Assembly (NCBI GenBank): GCA_944363925.1
Contig: CALVVS010000001.1
Location: 450-64,449, forward strand
DNA length: 64,000 nucleotides
DNA from: an uncultured Bacilli bacterium
Lineage (GTDB): Bacteria > Bacillota_I > Bacilli_A > RF39 > UBA660
Reading direction: 5' to 3'
Below the pieces are notes generated by a model. The model ran no database searches. It was given only the letters and a program-made list of their open reading frames with translations, and was not told where the DNA came from. Positions 19,365-28,241 of this stretch are shown here, one piece after another. Position numbers and translations under genes: made by a program. How positions within the stretch are numbered: position 1 is the first letter of the stretch; each line of letters begins with the position of its first letter.

Positions 19365-19586
19365 TTACTCATTAACTTCAAAATCTTCTAATTTTCCATT
19401 TTCTGAAACTATTTTATTAACCTTAGTTTCAATATTTTTAAGCTCCGCATCACACTCTTTAACAAGTTTCATAGCCTCCGTATATTTCTTAATTGACTCA
19501 TCTAAAGATACCTCGCCATTTTCTAAAACTTCAATAATGCTTTCTAATTCTGCAATCTTCTCTTCAAATTTTTTCTCTTTTGCCAT
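19365..19586 (-). CDS. xseB: Exodeoxyribonuclease VII small subunit
   Basis: 73-aa coiled-coil protein ..KKFEEKIAELESIIEVLENGEVSLDESIKKY.., immediately downstream of xseA. Confidence 0.85.
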   Translation of the reverse strand: MAKEKKFEEKIAELESIIEVLENGEVSLDESIKKYTEAMKLVKECDAELKNIETKVNKIVSENGKLEDFEVNE

Positions 19587-20857
19587 TATTTATCCTCCTT
19601 AACTTCCAATACTTTAGCGTTTAAATTTCCATCACTTAATCTAATACTAATCATGTCATCTTCTTTAACCTTCAAAACACTCTTTAATGCTTGATCGTTC
19701 AAATATGTAATACTATATCCTCTAGATAAAATATTTAAAGGATTCAAAAGATTAAGCTTATCAATAATATTCTTAACCATTAAAACCTCATCTTTATAAA
19801 GTAAATAAGGATTAGTAAGTACATAACTTTTCTTTATTTTATCAAGTTCATTTTTAAAACACTGAACCTTACTAATCATTAATTCATTTAACTTGTCATT
19901 TATCAAAGATAAACTCTGCTTTTTATTTTCAAACATAATCTGCGGATTTTTTAAAACAAATGAATTTTTAACCGACTCCAAATATAATTTCAAATAATTA
20001 ACTTTCTTATAAATAGCCTCATTAAGCCTAACTTTAAATTGGGCAATATGCTTTTGTAAATCAGCCATATTTGGAACTGCAAGTTCAGCCGCTGCTGTCG
20101 GCGTTGGCGCTCTTAAATCAGCCACAAAATCAGCAATCGTAAAATCAACCTCATGACCAACCGCACTTATAACCGGAACCTTTGAATTATATATAGCTCT
20201 AGCCACTACCTCTTCATTAAATGGCCATAAATCTTCGATAGAGCCACCGCCACGACCAACAATCAAAACATCTAAATCATAATCCTGCGCCCTTTCAATA
20301 TTGCGTACAATATCATCCTTCGCATTTTCTCCCTGCACTAAAGTCGGAAATAAAATCGTCTCACAAATTGGAAACCTTCTTTTAATCGTCGTCATAATAT
20401 CGCGAATAGCCGCTCCAGTACTAGCCGTCACAATTCCAACCCGTTTAGGAACACTAGGTATTTTTCGCTTATATGAAGCCTCAAATAAACCTTCTGCTTG
20501 CAATTTCTTCTTAAGCTGTTCAAAAGCAATATATAAATTACCAACACCATCTTCCAGCATTTCATCGACATATATCTGATAACTTCCCATTGCCTCATAA
20601 ATACTAATGCGTCCACTCACCAAAACCTTCATACCATCCAAAGGTTTAAAAAGCACCTTACTCGCATTACTCCTAAACATAATCGCATTAATCTTACTGC
20701 CTTCATCTTTCAAAGAAAAATAAAAATGCCCTGAAGTATGCGCCTTAAAATTAGAAATTTCCCCTTTTAAAAATACCGTTTGTAAATTTTCATCAACATC
20801 CAGTTTAGCTTTTAAATATCTTGTAATCGCACTAACTGTTAAATACTTCTCGTTCAA
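19586..20857 (-). CDS. xseA: Exodeoxyribonuclease VII large subunit
   Basis: N-terminal OB-fold (FLKGEISNFKAHTSGHFYFSLKD), catalytic core GRGGGSIEDLWPFNEE, and long coiled-coil C-terminus. Confidence 0.9.
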   Translation of the reverse strand: MNEKYLTVSAITRYLKAKLDVDENLQTVFLKGEISNFKAHTSGHFYFSLKDEGSKINAIMFRSNASKVLFKPLDGMKVLVSGRISIYEAMGSYQIYVDEMLEDGVGNLYIAFEQLKKKLQAEGLFEASYKRKIPSVPKRVGIVTASTGAAIRDIMTTIKRRFPICETILFPTLVQGENAKDDIVRNIERAQDYDLDVLIVGRGGGSIEDLWPFNEEVVARAIYNSKVPVISAVGHEVDFTIADFVADLRAPTPTAAAELAVPNMADLQKHIAQFKVRLNEAIYKKVNYLKLYLESVKNSFVLKNPQIMFENKKQSLSLINDKLNELMISKVQCFKNELDKIKKSYVLTNPYLLYKDEVLMVKNIIDKLNLLNPLNILSRGYSITYLNDQALKSVLKVKEDDMISIRLSDGNLNAKVLEVKEDK

Positions 20858-21262
20858 CTACTGCACCTTCTCATGATAAATCTTGTCCAAAACTCCATTT
20901 ATCATCTTTCTAACACTGTCATCACTATATTTTTTAGCAAGTTCGACCGCTTCATTAATAGCTACAACATCTGGTGTATCCGTATATAAAAGTTCAAAAA
21001 TTCCCATTCTAAGTATCGCCATATCAGTATTTCCAAGCCTATCAATTGTCCAGCCATCTAAATATTTATTTGCCAGTTTATCTAATTCATTTTTATAAGT
21101 CAAAACCCCATACACAATTTCTTTAATATATTCATTATCAACCTTTGATACACCCATAATAACATCATCAGGATCATAACTTATATGAGCCTTATCATAA
21201 ACTATCATTTGATATAAAATTGTCATACATTTTAATCTTAATTCACTTCTATTTTCTGCCAT
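20858..21262 (-). CDS. nusB: Transcription antitermination factor NusB
   Basis: 134 aa, all-helical. It sits at the head of nusB-xseA-xseB as in Bacillus, with a 1-nt junction to xseA. Confidence 0.85.
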   Translation of the reverse strand: MAENRSELRLKCMTILYQMIVYDKAHISYDPDDVIMGVSKVDNEYIKEIVYGVLTYKNELDKLANKYLDGWTIDRLGNTDMAILRMGIFELLYTDTPDVVAINEAVELAKKYSDDSVRKMINGVLDKIYHEKVQ

Positions 21263-21353
21263 ATCATAAGTAGCAGGCTAAAAACCTACTATCCTCCTCT
21301 CCAAAATCTATAACTAATTATATCATACGCCAAAGATAAAGAGCAATAATATT

Positions 21354-22433
21354 TTACTTTCTGTGCGCATACTCTTCTTTAACCTCATCATTACTAATTC
21401 CAAACCTTTTTAAAAAGTTATTACCAGATAAAATCAAATAATTAAACCCTTTATGGTCTAAAGTCACCTTATTAAAAATCAAATAATTCAAACGCGCATA
21501 ACTAAGTTCAGCTCCTTGAATTAAATAAGAAGGCCTTTTTAATATCTCTCTTTCTAAAGAAACATCCATCAAAATATCTATTTTTTTATTCAAAGTACTA
21601 ATCGAATAACTATATACATTTGGCAATTTTAAAGTAATAAAAATAGTCTCCTCAGCGGAATATCCCTTACTTAAAAAACAATTAAAAGTCTCTTTTATAT
21701 TCTCTAAACTTAACGTATAAATAGCTGGATTAACACCTGTAACTATATTAATCTCATCTTCACTATATCCAAACTCTTTTAAACACTGTCTTTTACTTTC
21801 CATCCTCGAAATATTCATCACAATAATATTTGAATTTCGGTAAATCATCTTAGCTAATCTATCAGTATCATAACCTTTTGAAAGTAAATAATCATAATTT
21901 TTCTTTAAAAGCTCCAAACTACAAGTATAAATCATCGGCGAATCTTTAATTATTTTATTAATTTCCTTATCATTAAACCCTAAATCCTTAAAGAAATTCC
22001 TTTTATCATTAATTGCATCTACAGATAAACTAAATAAACTAGGAAGCATCACCGTAAATTTATGAACCATACTATTAGAATAACCATAACCTTTTAAAAG
22101 CTCTAACTTACTTAAAATAAGACCCTCGCTAATAGTTAGTAAAGCAGGTAAAATAATAACCATATTTTTCACTTCAGCCTCGCGATATCCAAGTAACTTC
22201 AAAAAGCTAAAACGTTCATTTAACGTTTCAGCTGGATAATTAAACAAAGTTGGATTTAAAGTAGTCATTAAAATAATTTGTTTATTATCATATCCTCTAC
22301 CTTTTAAATAATTAAAAGTTTTAACAACTTTCTTCTCTAAAGTTTCTCTAGCAAGCCTTTTAACCGCATGACTATTAATAATTTTCTCTTGAGCACGCTT
22401 ATCATACCCTAAATTACTTAGTACATCTGACAT
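21354..22433 (-). CDS. mTERF-like helical repeat protein (putative nucleic-acid-binding)
   Basis: At least eight tandem roughly 35-aa repeats of the form L(K/L)xxG(Y/F)sxxxIxxIIxxxPxLLxxSxExLxxxxxFL, for example LKEFGYSEDEINIVTGVNPAIYTLSLENIKETFNCF. This matches the mTERF motif. Confidence 0.6.
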   Translation of the reverse strand: MSDVLSNLGYDKRAQEKIINSHAVKRLARETLEKKVVKTFNYLKGRGYDNKQIILMTTLNPTLFNYPAETLNERFSFLKLLGYREAEVKNMVIILPALLTISEGLILSKLELLKGYGYSNSMVHKFTVMLPSLFSLSVDAINDKRNFFKDLGFNDKEINKIIKDSPMIYTCSLELLKKNYDYLLSKGYDTDRLAKMIYRNSNIIVMNISRMESKRQCLKEFGYSEDEINIVTGVNPAIYTLSLENIKETFNCFLSKGYSAEETIFITLKLPNVYSYSISTLNKKIDILMDVSLEREILKRPSYLIQGAELSYARLNYLIFNKVTLDHKGFNYLILSGNNFLKRFGISNDEVKEEYAHRK

Positions 22434-22437
22434 AAAA

Positions 22438-22815
22438 TCAACTCCTTAAATAATCTTTAAGCGAAAAGAAATACCAAAAATGTACATAAAAATATAAAAT
22501 GATAAAAACCGTCCATCCCAAAATTGGGATAATTAAACTAACTATCCAAACATAAGGTGGCAAATATATCTCCTCACCCGGAACCTTAAGTCTCGCACTA
22601 ACTAAACAGCCCATTTTAACCGAAAAAACCAAAAACATAACAAATGCCGGAAAAATACCAAGTATAAAACCTAAAACCCAGTAATACCAACGATGATACC
22701 AAGCATCTTTGTCATACAAATCTAATTTATACGCAATATAAAATGTGAAAAGGCCTAAAGTTATAACATTTAAAATTAAATAAATCCAAAAATATCTCTT
22801 TTTAAGCTTTACCAT
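22438..22815 (-). CDS. Small aromatic-rich polytopic membrane protein (hypothetical)
   Basis: 125 aa with 3-4 TM helices and a W/Y-rich loop (AWYHRWYYW). Confidence 0.5.
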   Translation of the reverse strand: MVKLKKRYFWIYLILNVITLGLFTFYIAYKLDLYDKDAWYHRWYYWVLGFILGIFPAFVMFLVFSVKMGCLVSARLKVPGEEIYLPPYVWIVSLIIPILGWTVFIILYFYVHFWYFFSLKDYLRS

Positions 22816-22860
22816 AAAAATCTCCTTTGAGGGGTCAAAAAAAAGATAAAACGAATTATC

Positions 22861-23052
22861 TTATTGGCAAGTTCCCTCGCCTGGCTTAGACCCTTCGACA
22901 TATTCTTTATCGATAAGTTTGCAAGATGTTTTTGTCATAGAGTCTTGAAGATAGCCCCCCAATAGTTTGACTAAACTAACGACTACTACACTAATAACCG
23001 CTATGATTAGTAAATATTCTACTAGGGCTTGACCTTTATTATTTAATTTCAT
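22861..23052 (-). CDS. flp: Flp/Fap-family (Tad-type) pilin, 63 aa. Start at MKLNNKG with RBS GGAGGG; the ORF track starts further upstream.
   Basis: MKLNNKG-QALVEYLLIIAVISVVVVSLVKLL carries the Flp prepilin motif G-xxxxEY followed by a hydrophobic helix. Confidence 0.75.
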   Translation of the reverse strand: MKLNNKGQALVEYLLIIAVISVVVVSLVKLLGGYLQDSMTKTSCKLIDKEYVEGSKPGEGTCQ

Positions 23053-23188
23053 AACACCCTCCACAAAAATATCATAACTTACATCAATTATAATTTTTTT
23101 TGGAAGAAAAATCAACCCCATTAGCAAAAAACAAACAAATTTAAAGACAAAAAAATAAAAATGTGTTAAGATAAATTAGGTGAGAAAA

Positions 23189-23473
23189 ATGAAAGTAATC
23201 GAAGCCAAAACCTTTATTCAAAAACTTAAAGGCCTTATGTTTCAAAAAGATTTCAATTATATATTAAAATTTAAAACCAATGGTATTCATACTTTTTTTA
23301 TGAAAACCAATATTGACGTTATTTTAACAGATAAAAATCATAAAATTTTATACATTTATAAAAATTTAAAACCAAATAAAATAATATTACCTAAAAAAAA
23401 TGTTAAATACACCTACGAAATGCCCATAAATTATCTAAACAAAACAAAAATCGGAGATTATTTCAATCCCTGA
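23189..23473 (+). CDS. DUF192 (COG1430)-like small protein
   Basis: ..KGLMFQKDFNY..NGIHTFFMKTNIDVILTDKNHKILYIY.. resembles the DUF192 core (GLMxR ... HTxxM ... DiiF). RBS AGGTGAG. Confidence 0.55.
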   Translation: MKVIEAKTFIQKLKGLMFQKDFNYILKFKTNGIHTFFMKTNIDVILTDKNHKILYIYKNLKPNKIILPKKNVKYTYEMPINYLNKTKIGDYFNP

Positions 23474-23479
23474 TTTTTT

Positions 23480-24361
23480 TTAAGAACTTACGACATATGG
23501 ATCAGATTGTGTTCCACTTCCAGTCAAAGTAATTTCAGAACTTAAATATAAGACTGGGCGAACCGCAGTGTTCGTATCATCCGCACCGTAGTAGTCGTGG
23601 ATGCTGCCACTCTCAACACAGAACACAGTGTAAGAGTTGTCAGAATTAGGTGACAAAGTCCACCAATAGTCATTTATATACATCCAAGTTGTATTTTTAC
23701 ACTTATTATAATTATCATCGTTTAAATTAAATGAACCACATTCACTTTTATTGCTATTTGTTCTGATATATTCACTTACTGTAGGTAAAGCTACTTTCCC
23801 GTTCAATTTTATTCCGTTTTCATTATTTATTTGTTGAGCTAAATCATTATTATCATTTGTTATTGTACCGATACTCCAGTCTTTTGCTACAATCTGACTT
23901 TTAGCAGTGACATTTAACCCATTATAATATGTCCCATTTAAGTATGTATTTAAACTTGCTGGTCTGGCCCAATTACTAATATTAGAACTATCCCACGCCA
24001 TCCTTTCTATATATGCTTGTCTCATTATTTTTATTGTCCCATCACACTCAACTGAGATTATTCTCCATCCAGCAGTTTCATTATTAAAAGTGACATAATT
24101 ATTTGGATTAGCTCCTGTAAAGAAATAACGACACTCATAAGGGTCTTTCTCTAAATCTGCATCTTCAATTACTTGATCACCAGCACTTGGAAAACACACT
24201 CCATATAATTCATCGATAGCTCCTTGCACATTGGTACTTGAAAGACCACTTTCTTTATTATCATATGTAACATCATTAGATGGAAAATATGTCTCCGCAT
24301 ATACAGCAACTATTCCTACTGACACAAAACCAAGTATAAAACCAATCAAATATTTTTTCAT
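23480..24361 (-). CDS. Secreted Asn/Tyr/Trp-rich protein of unknown function, preceded by a coupled 8-codon uORF and a long homopolymeric tract
   Basis: Signal peptide MKKYLIGFILGFVSVGIVAVYA. It has an NVQGAIDELYGVC motif and no strong RBS of its own. Confidence 0.6.
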   Translation of the reverse strand: MKKYLIGFILGFVSVGIVAVYAETYFPSNDVTYDNKESGLSSTNVQGAIDELYGVCFPSAGDQVIEDADLEKDPYECRYFFTGANPNNYVTFNNETAGWRIISVECDGTIKIMRQAYIERMAWDSSNISNWARPASLNTYLNGTYYNGLNVTAKSQIVAKDWSIGTITNDNNDLAQQINNENGIKLNGKVALPTVSEYIRTNSNKSECGSFNLNDDNYNKCKNTTWMYINDYWWTLSPNSDNSYTVFCVESGSIHDYYGADDTNTAVRPVLYLSSEITLTGSGTQSDPYVVSS

Positions 24362-24384
24362 AAATTCTTTTGCTTTTTTTTCAT
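24358..24384 (-). CDS. 8-codon upstream ORF (MKKKQKNL) whose TGA overlaps the ATG of the secreted-protein gene (ATGA)
   Basis: RBS GAGAGGTG 6 nt upstream of the uORF ATG. The downstream gene lacks its own SD, which suggests translational coupling. Confidence 0.4.
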   Translation of the reverse strand: MKKKQKNL

Positions 24385-24424
24385 TTCTGACACCTCTCTA
24401 TCTTATCCAATATCAAGATATCAC

Positions 24425-24458
24425 AAAAAAAAAAAAAAAAAAAAAATAAAAAAAAAAA
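24425..24458. repeat. Homopolymeric tract A22-T-A11 (poly-T on the coding strand of the downstream gene), 64-97 bp upstream of the secreted-protein start
   Basis: Directly visible: tcac-a22-t-a11-caag. Confidence 0.95.
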
Positions 24459-24530
24459 CAAGTAATATTTTAGATAGATAATCACTCGTTTTTTAGACCA
24501 ATTTTACACTTAAACCAAAATAAATTTAGA

Positions 24531-24548
24531 ACAAAATTAGTGCTAAAC
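24531..24548 (-). terminator. Rho-independent terminator of the rplU-prp-rpmA operon
   Basis: ttagtg-ctaaa-cactaa hairpin followed by a T-run on the minus strand. Confidence 0.55.
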
Positions 24549-24553
24549 ACTAA

Positions 24554-24838
24554 TTATTCAGGATAAACACTCACCTGTTTACGGTCACGTCCTAAACGTT
24601 CAAATTTAACACGGCCAGCAATTTTAGCAAATAAAGTATCGTCTTTACCAATTCCTACATTAACACCAGGATAAATTCTTGTACCTCTTTGACGATATAA
24701 AATAGAACCACCTGATACAACTTCGCCATCAGCCGCTTTTGCTCCTAATCTTTTAGATTCAGAATCACGTCCATTTTTAGTAGAACCTTGTCCTTTTTTG
24801 TGGGCAAATAACTGAATATTTAACTTCAATAATTCCAT
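24554..24838 (-). CDS. rpmA: 50S ribosomal protein L27, with the N-terminal Prp-cleaved extension typical of Firmicutes
   Basis: [32 protein letters not shown]. Confidence 0.95.
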   Translation of the reverse strand: MELLKLNIQLFAHKKGQGSTKNGRDSESKRLGAKAADGEVVSGGSILYRQRGTRIYPGVNVGIGKDDTLFAKIAGRVKFERLGRDRKQVSVYPE

Positions 24839-24841
24839 AAA

Positions 24842-25138
24842 CTACACCTCCTCGTATATTTTTATGTTTTTATTATATTTCTTCTCTAATTCCTTAAGTA
24901 AACTAACCATATTTAATATAAGCAAATTTGTCTCACGGCTCTCACTCAAAATATCTAATGACATACCCTCATCAGAAATCTTGTATTTAATTGCCTTATC
25001 ATTTAACCTTAAAATACCATTAATACTAGTTATAACAATCGAACTTACCGCCGCACAGACAATATCCTTGCCATAATCATCAAACATCGCATGACCATTA
25101 ATATCAATATGATTATGTCTAATATAAACTTTAATCAT
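24842..25138 (-). CDS. prp: Ribosomal-processing cysteine protease Prp (YsxB)
   Basis: 98 aa with GHA..D..VCAAVS (Cys/His dyad), between rplU and rpmA. Confidence 0.85.
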   Translation of the reverse strand: MIKVYIRHNHIDINGHAMFDDYGKDIVCAAVSSIVITSINGILRLNDKAIKYKISDEGMSLDILSESRETNLLILNMVSLLKELEKKYNKNIKIYEEV

Positions 25139-25437
25139 TAAGCAACTAACTTTGTAATTTCAACTTTAGTATATGGTTGACGATGACCTTGAGTGCGACG
25201 ATATTTTTTCTTTTGTTTATATTTATAAACTTTAATCTTCTTACCTTTACCATGTTTTAAAACTTTAGCCTCTACTTTAGCTCCCTCAACATAAGGATTA
25301 CCTAAAGTACCACCAATCATTAATACATGATCAAAAGTAACTTTACTATCCGCAGCTGCGTCTAACTTTTCCGTATATAAAACGCTGCCTTCTTCAACAT
25401 AATATTGTTTTCCGCCAGTTTCAATAACTGCTTTCAT
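25138..25437 (-). CDS. rplU: 50S ribosomal protein L21. Start at [12 protein letters not shown] after RBS AGGAGG.
   Basis: [25 protein letters not shown] matches the L21 N-terminus. Confidence 0.93.
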   Translation of the reverse strand: MKAVIETGGKQYYVEEGSVLYTEKLDAAADSKVTFDHVLMIGGTLGNPYVEGAKVEAKVLKHGKGKKIKVYKYKQKKKYRRTQGHRQPYTKVEITKLVA

Positions 25438-25470
25438 ACTTTCTACCTCCTTTTTCCTAAGACTCGCCAT

Positions 25471-25543
25471 TAAGGTAAAGTAAAACTTTTTTTAACCTTT
25501 TTTGTGCGGTTGTAGATGGAGATCTACACATTTACAAATTTTA
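25471..25543 (-). ncRNA. Putative L21 operon leader (structured 5' UTR)
   Basis: gtagatggagatctac inverted repeat upstream of rplU. Firmicutes commonly carry an L21 leader here. Confidence 0.3.
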
Positions 25544-26242
25544 TCACAATCTTCCTTTAAAGTCAAACCTTTTTGAAAGCCTATCACCTTCAGATATATA
25601 CTTTTTACCATCAAAAAACAAATGACCATAATCTCTTCTCATAACCCGCATATCCATCGAACTAATCTTCATCCTTTTTTTAAAATGATATCTCTTTAAA
25701 TATCTCTCAAGTAAAAACCGGTTAAATAAACTTTCATGCTCTTTAATTTCTTTTATAACCCGCATAATTAAAAATAAACAAATTAAAAATAATATCAAAC
25801 TAAAATTAGCTTCCATAATCAAAATTAAAACACTTAAAATAGATATCAAAATCATCCATAAATGACTGCATTTAAAACTAACTACCTTATTAAAAAGCAA
25901 ACTCAGTATCTTAGAGCCGTCCAAAGGAAATATCGGTAGTAAATTAAACCCTAAGATAATTAAACTATAATAAACAAAATCATCCACCCTAAAAAAATAA
26001 TAAACTATCAAAGTAAAAACAATTTGAAAAATTGGGCCCATTATTACAATCAAAAACTCTTCCTTAATTGGCCTATTCAAATCCTCATGAAAAATAGTTA
26101 TTCCACCAAAAGGAAGTATCAAAACCTTCTCTATCTTCCACCTAAATAAAATCCCCATCAAAATATGTCCAAGCTCATGCACAGTAATAATCAAACTAAA
26201 CCAAACAAACCCCTTAAAATGCCCAGTAAACGCAGAAGCCAA
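25544..26242 (-). CDS. M50-family (site-2 protease) membrane metalloprotease, SpoIVFB-like
   Basis: HELGH zinc motif in a TM helix, LDG motif (PIFPLDGSKIL). It is immediately upstream of rplU, as spoIVFB is in Bacillus. Confidence 0.8.
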   Translation of the reverse strand: MASAFTGHFKGFVWFSLIITVHELGHILMGILFRWKIEKVLILPFGGITIFHEDLNRPIKEEFLIVIMGPIFQIVFTLIVYYFFRVDDFVYYSLIILGFNLLPIFPLDGSKILSLLFNKVVSFKCSHLWMILISILSVLILIMEANFSLILFLICLFLIMRVIKEIKEHESLFNRFLLERYLKRYHFKKRMKISSMDMRVMRRDYGHLFFDGKKYISEGDRLSKRFDFKGRL

Positions 26243-26270
26243 AGCCGAGATATAATAAAAAAGGTGAATT

Positions 26271-26828
26271 TTAAATATATTTCTTATAATCTAAAATCTC
26301 CCCTTCTTTTGTAAAAACCAAATATAATTTAGACCCATCAGCTTCACCTAAAATATCGCCAGCCTTTAAATAATCATACATACTAACCTTTATCTCCTTA
26401 ATATTCGCATACCATACCTCAACCCCATCTCCTTGCTGAACAACCACCGTATTTCCGTAACCTTCCTTCTCACCAGTAAATACCACTATTCCACTTTTAA
26501 TAATCGGTATCACATAATTTTCCGAAACCTTAAGCGAAACCCCATCTTTATATGGATCGCTTTCCTCGTATTCTATTTTAGACGCTGAAACAAGCGAAGT
26601 CTGCTCACTTCCAGTAAGTGGTAAAGAAGAGCCAAATAACTTCTCATAAACCGTATTTACCTCTCCAAAACTAAAATTATTCTTAAAAACATATTTGTAT
26701 AAATTTTCTCTTAAACTAGGACTTCCTTTAAGCGCAATCAAAACCCCTAAAAGTATAATAACACACACCAAAAACTTACTAAAAACTTTGCTTAAAAAAC
26801 TAACTTTTCGAAAAACTTTCTTCGCCAT
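26271..26828 (-). CDS. Membrane-anchored degenerate M23/LytM-domain protein, SpoIVFA-like
   Basis: N-terminal TM. C-terminal GIVVFTGEKEGYGNTVVVQQGDGVEVWYANI resembles the M23 fold but has Q-Q in place of the metal-binding His. Confidence 0.6.
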   Translation of the reverse strand: MAKKVFRKVSFLSKVFSKFLVCVIILLGVLIALKGSPSLRENLYKYVFKNNFSFGEVNTVYEKLFGSSLPLTGSEQTSLVSASKIEYEESDPYKDGVSLKVSENYVIPIIKSGIVVFTGEKEGYGNTVVVQQGDGVEVWYANIKEIKVSMYDYLKAGDILGEADGSKLYLVFTKEGEILDYKKYI

Positions 26829-26912
26829 AATATCACCTATAATATCCTATTATAAAAAAAACAAATTAGAACCTCTCTTAGGCAAAAGCATATATTAAAT
26901 TAGGTGATTTAT

Positions 26913-28241
26913 ATGAATATTTTAGATATTCTAAATATAACTAACGGTACTTTAATAAACAAAATTAATTTAAACACCAAAATAAATAAATTCAAAATAA
27001 ATAGTAAAGAAATAAATAAAGGTGACTGTTACATCGCCTTAACCCTTTCCAAAGATGGACATAACTTCATTAAAGAAGCCATAACTAATGGCGCTAGTTT
27101 AATAATCGTAAGTAAAAAAGTATTCTATAACATCCCCACCATTTTGGTTCAAAACACCACTAAAACCTTAGGCCAAATTGCCAAAACATTAAGAAAAAAA
27201 TATAACCCTAAAGTAATTGCCATCACTGGCAGCGTAGGAAAAACCACCACTAGAGAACTTATTTATACCGTTTTAAGCACTAAATATAAATGCCTTCCAA
27301 GCGAAAAAAACTATAATAACCATATCGGCGTTCCCCTCACCATCTTCAATTTAAACCTTAAAGATGAAATTGCCATCGTCGAAATGGGCATGAACCACCT
27401 AAACGAAATCAAATACCTCTCAGACATGATAACCCCAGATATCGCCGTAATCACCAATATCGGCACTTCCCACATTGGTAATCTTGGCAGTAAAGAAAAC
27501 ATCCTAAAAGCCAAACTCGAAATAAAACATGGTTTAACTGGGCCTCTTTTTGTAAATGGTGATGATAAAATGCTTAAAAACCAAAACGCTTATAAAAGTG
27601 GTTTTGATGAACATAATGACTTAAAAGCCTATGACCTGTCATCATCATTAACCCAATCATCATTTAAAATAAACTTAAATAATAAACCATATCAAATAAA
27701 CATAAACCTTCCAAAACATTTAATTAATAACGTCCTAATCGCTATCCATATCGGCTTATACTTAAATGTTGATATAAATGATATCATAGAAGCCCTAAAA
27801 AAATATAAGCCATATAATATGCGCATGAATATTCTCCAAGATAAACATGGTAACACCATTATAAATGATTGCTATAACTCATCTTTAGAATCTCTAAAAG
27901 GCGTCTTAAACCTTCTCGAAAAAGAAAATCAAAAAAAACTCCTAATCTTAGGCGACATTAACGAACTAGGCACCTATACTACAAAAATTCATAACCAAAT
28001 TCCAAACCTTTTAGATAAAATAAATAATAAACAAGTAATCTTAATCGGTAAAAACATGCAAAAAGTAAACTATAAAAACGCTTTACATTTTCTAAATTAT
28101 AAAAAAACCTTAAATTATCTAAAAAAAGAAAAAATAAAAGATACCTTAATATTAATTAAAGCATCTAGAAGTTTAAAATTAGAAAAAATCACTAACTATC
28201 TAATTAATCAAAATACCTGCGCCTCTTCGGAACCTTCTTAA
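26913..28241 (+). CDS. murF: UDP-N-acetylmuramoyl-tripeptide--D-alanyl-D-alanine ligase
   Basis: ITGSVGKTTTRELI P-loop and Mur ligase domain order. ATG at 26913 follows RBS AGGTGA. Confidence 0.88.
   Translation: MNILDILNITNGTLINKINLNTKINKFKINSKEINKGDCYIALTLSKDGHNFIKEAITNGASLIIVSKKVFYNIPTILVQNTTKTLGQIAKTLRKKYNPKVIAITGSVGKTTTRELIYTVLSTKYKCLPSEKNYNNHIGVPLTIFNLNLKDEIAIVEMGMNHLNEIKYLSDMITPDIAVITNIGTSHIGNLGSKENILKAKLEIKHGLTGPLFVNGDDKMLKNQNAYKSGFDEHNDLKAYDLSSSLTQSSFKINLNNKPYQININLPKHLINNVLIAIHIGLYLNVDINDIIEALKKYKPYNMRMNILQDKHGNTIINDCYNSSLESLKGVLNLLEKENQKKLLILGDINELGTYTTKIHNQIPNLLDKINNKQVILIGKNMQKVNYKNALHFLNYKKTLNYLKKEKIKDTLILIKASRSLKLEKITNYLINQNTCASSEPS

Noticed and set aside
24421-24470. Poly-A tract as a possible eukaryotic-style poly(A), a sequencing artefact, or a CRISPR leader
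   Set aside because: There are no repeat-spacer units nearby. The tract is flanked by normal intergenic sequence with an RBS and uORF, so it was kept as a candidate phase-variation tract.
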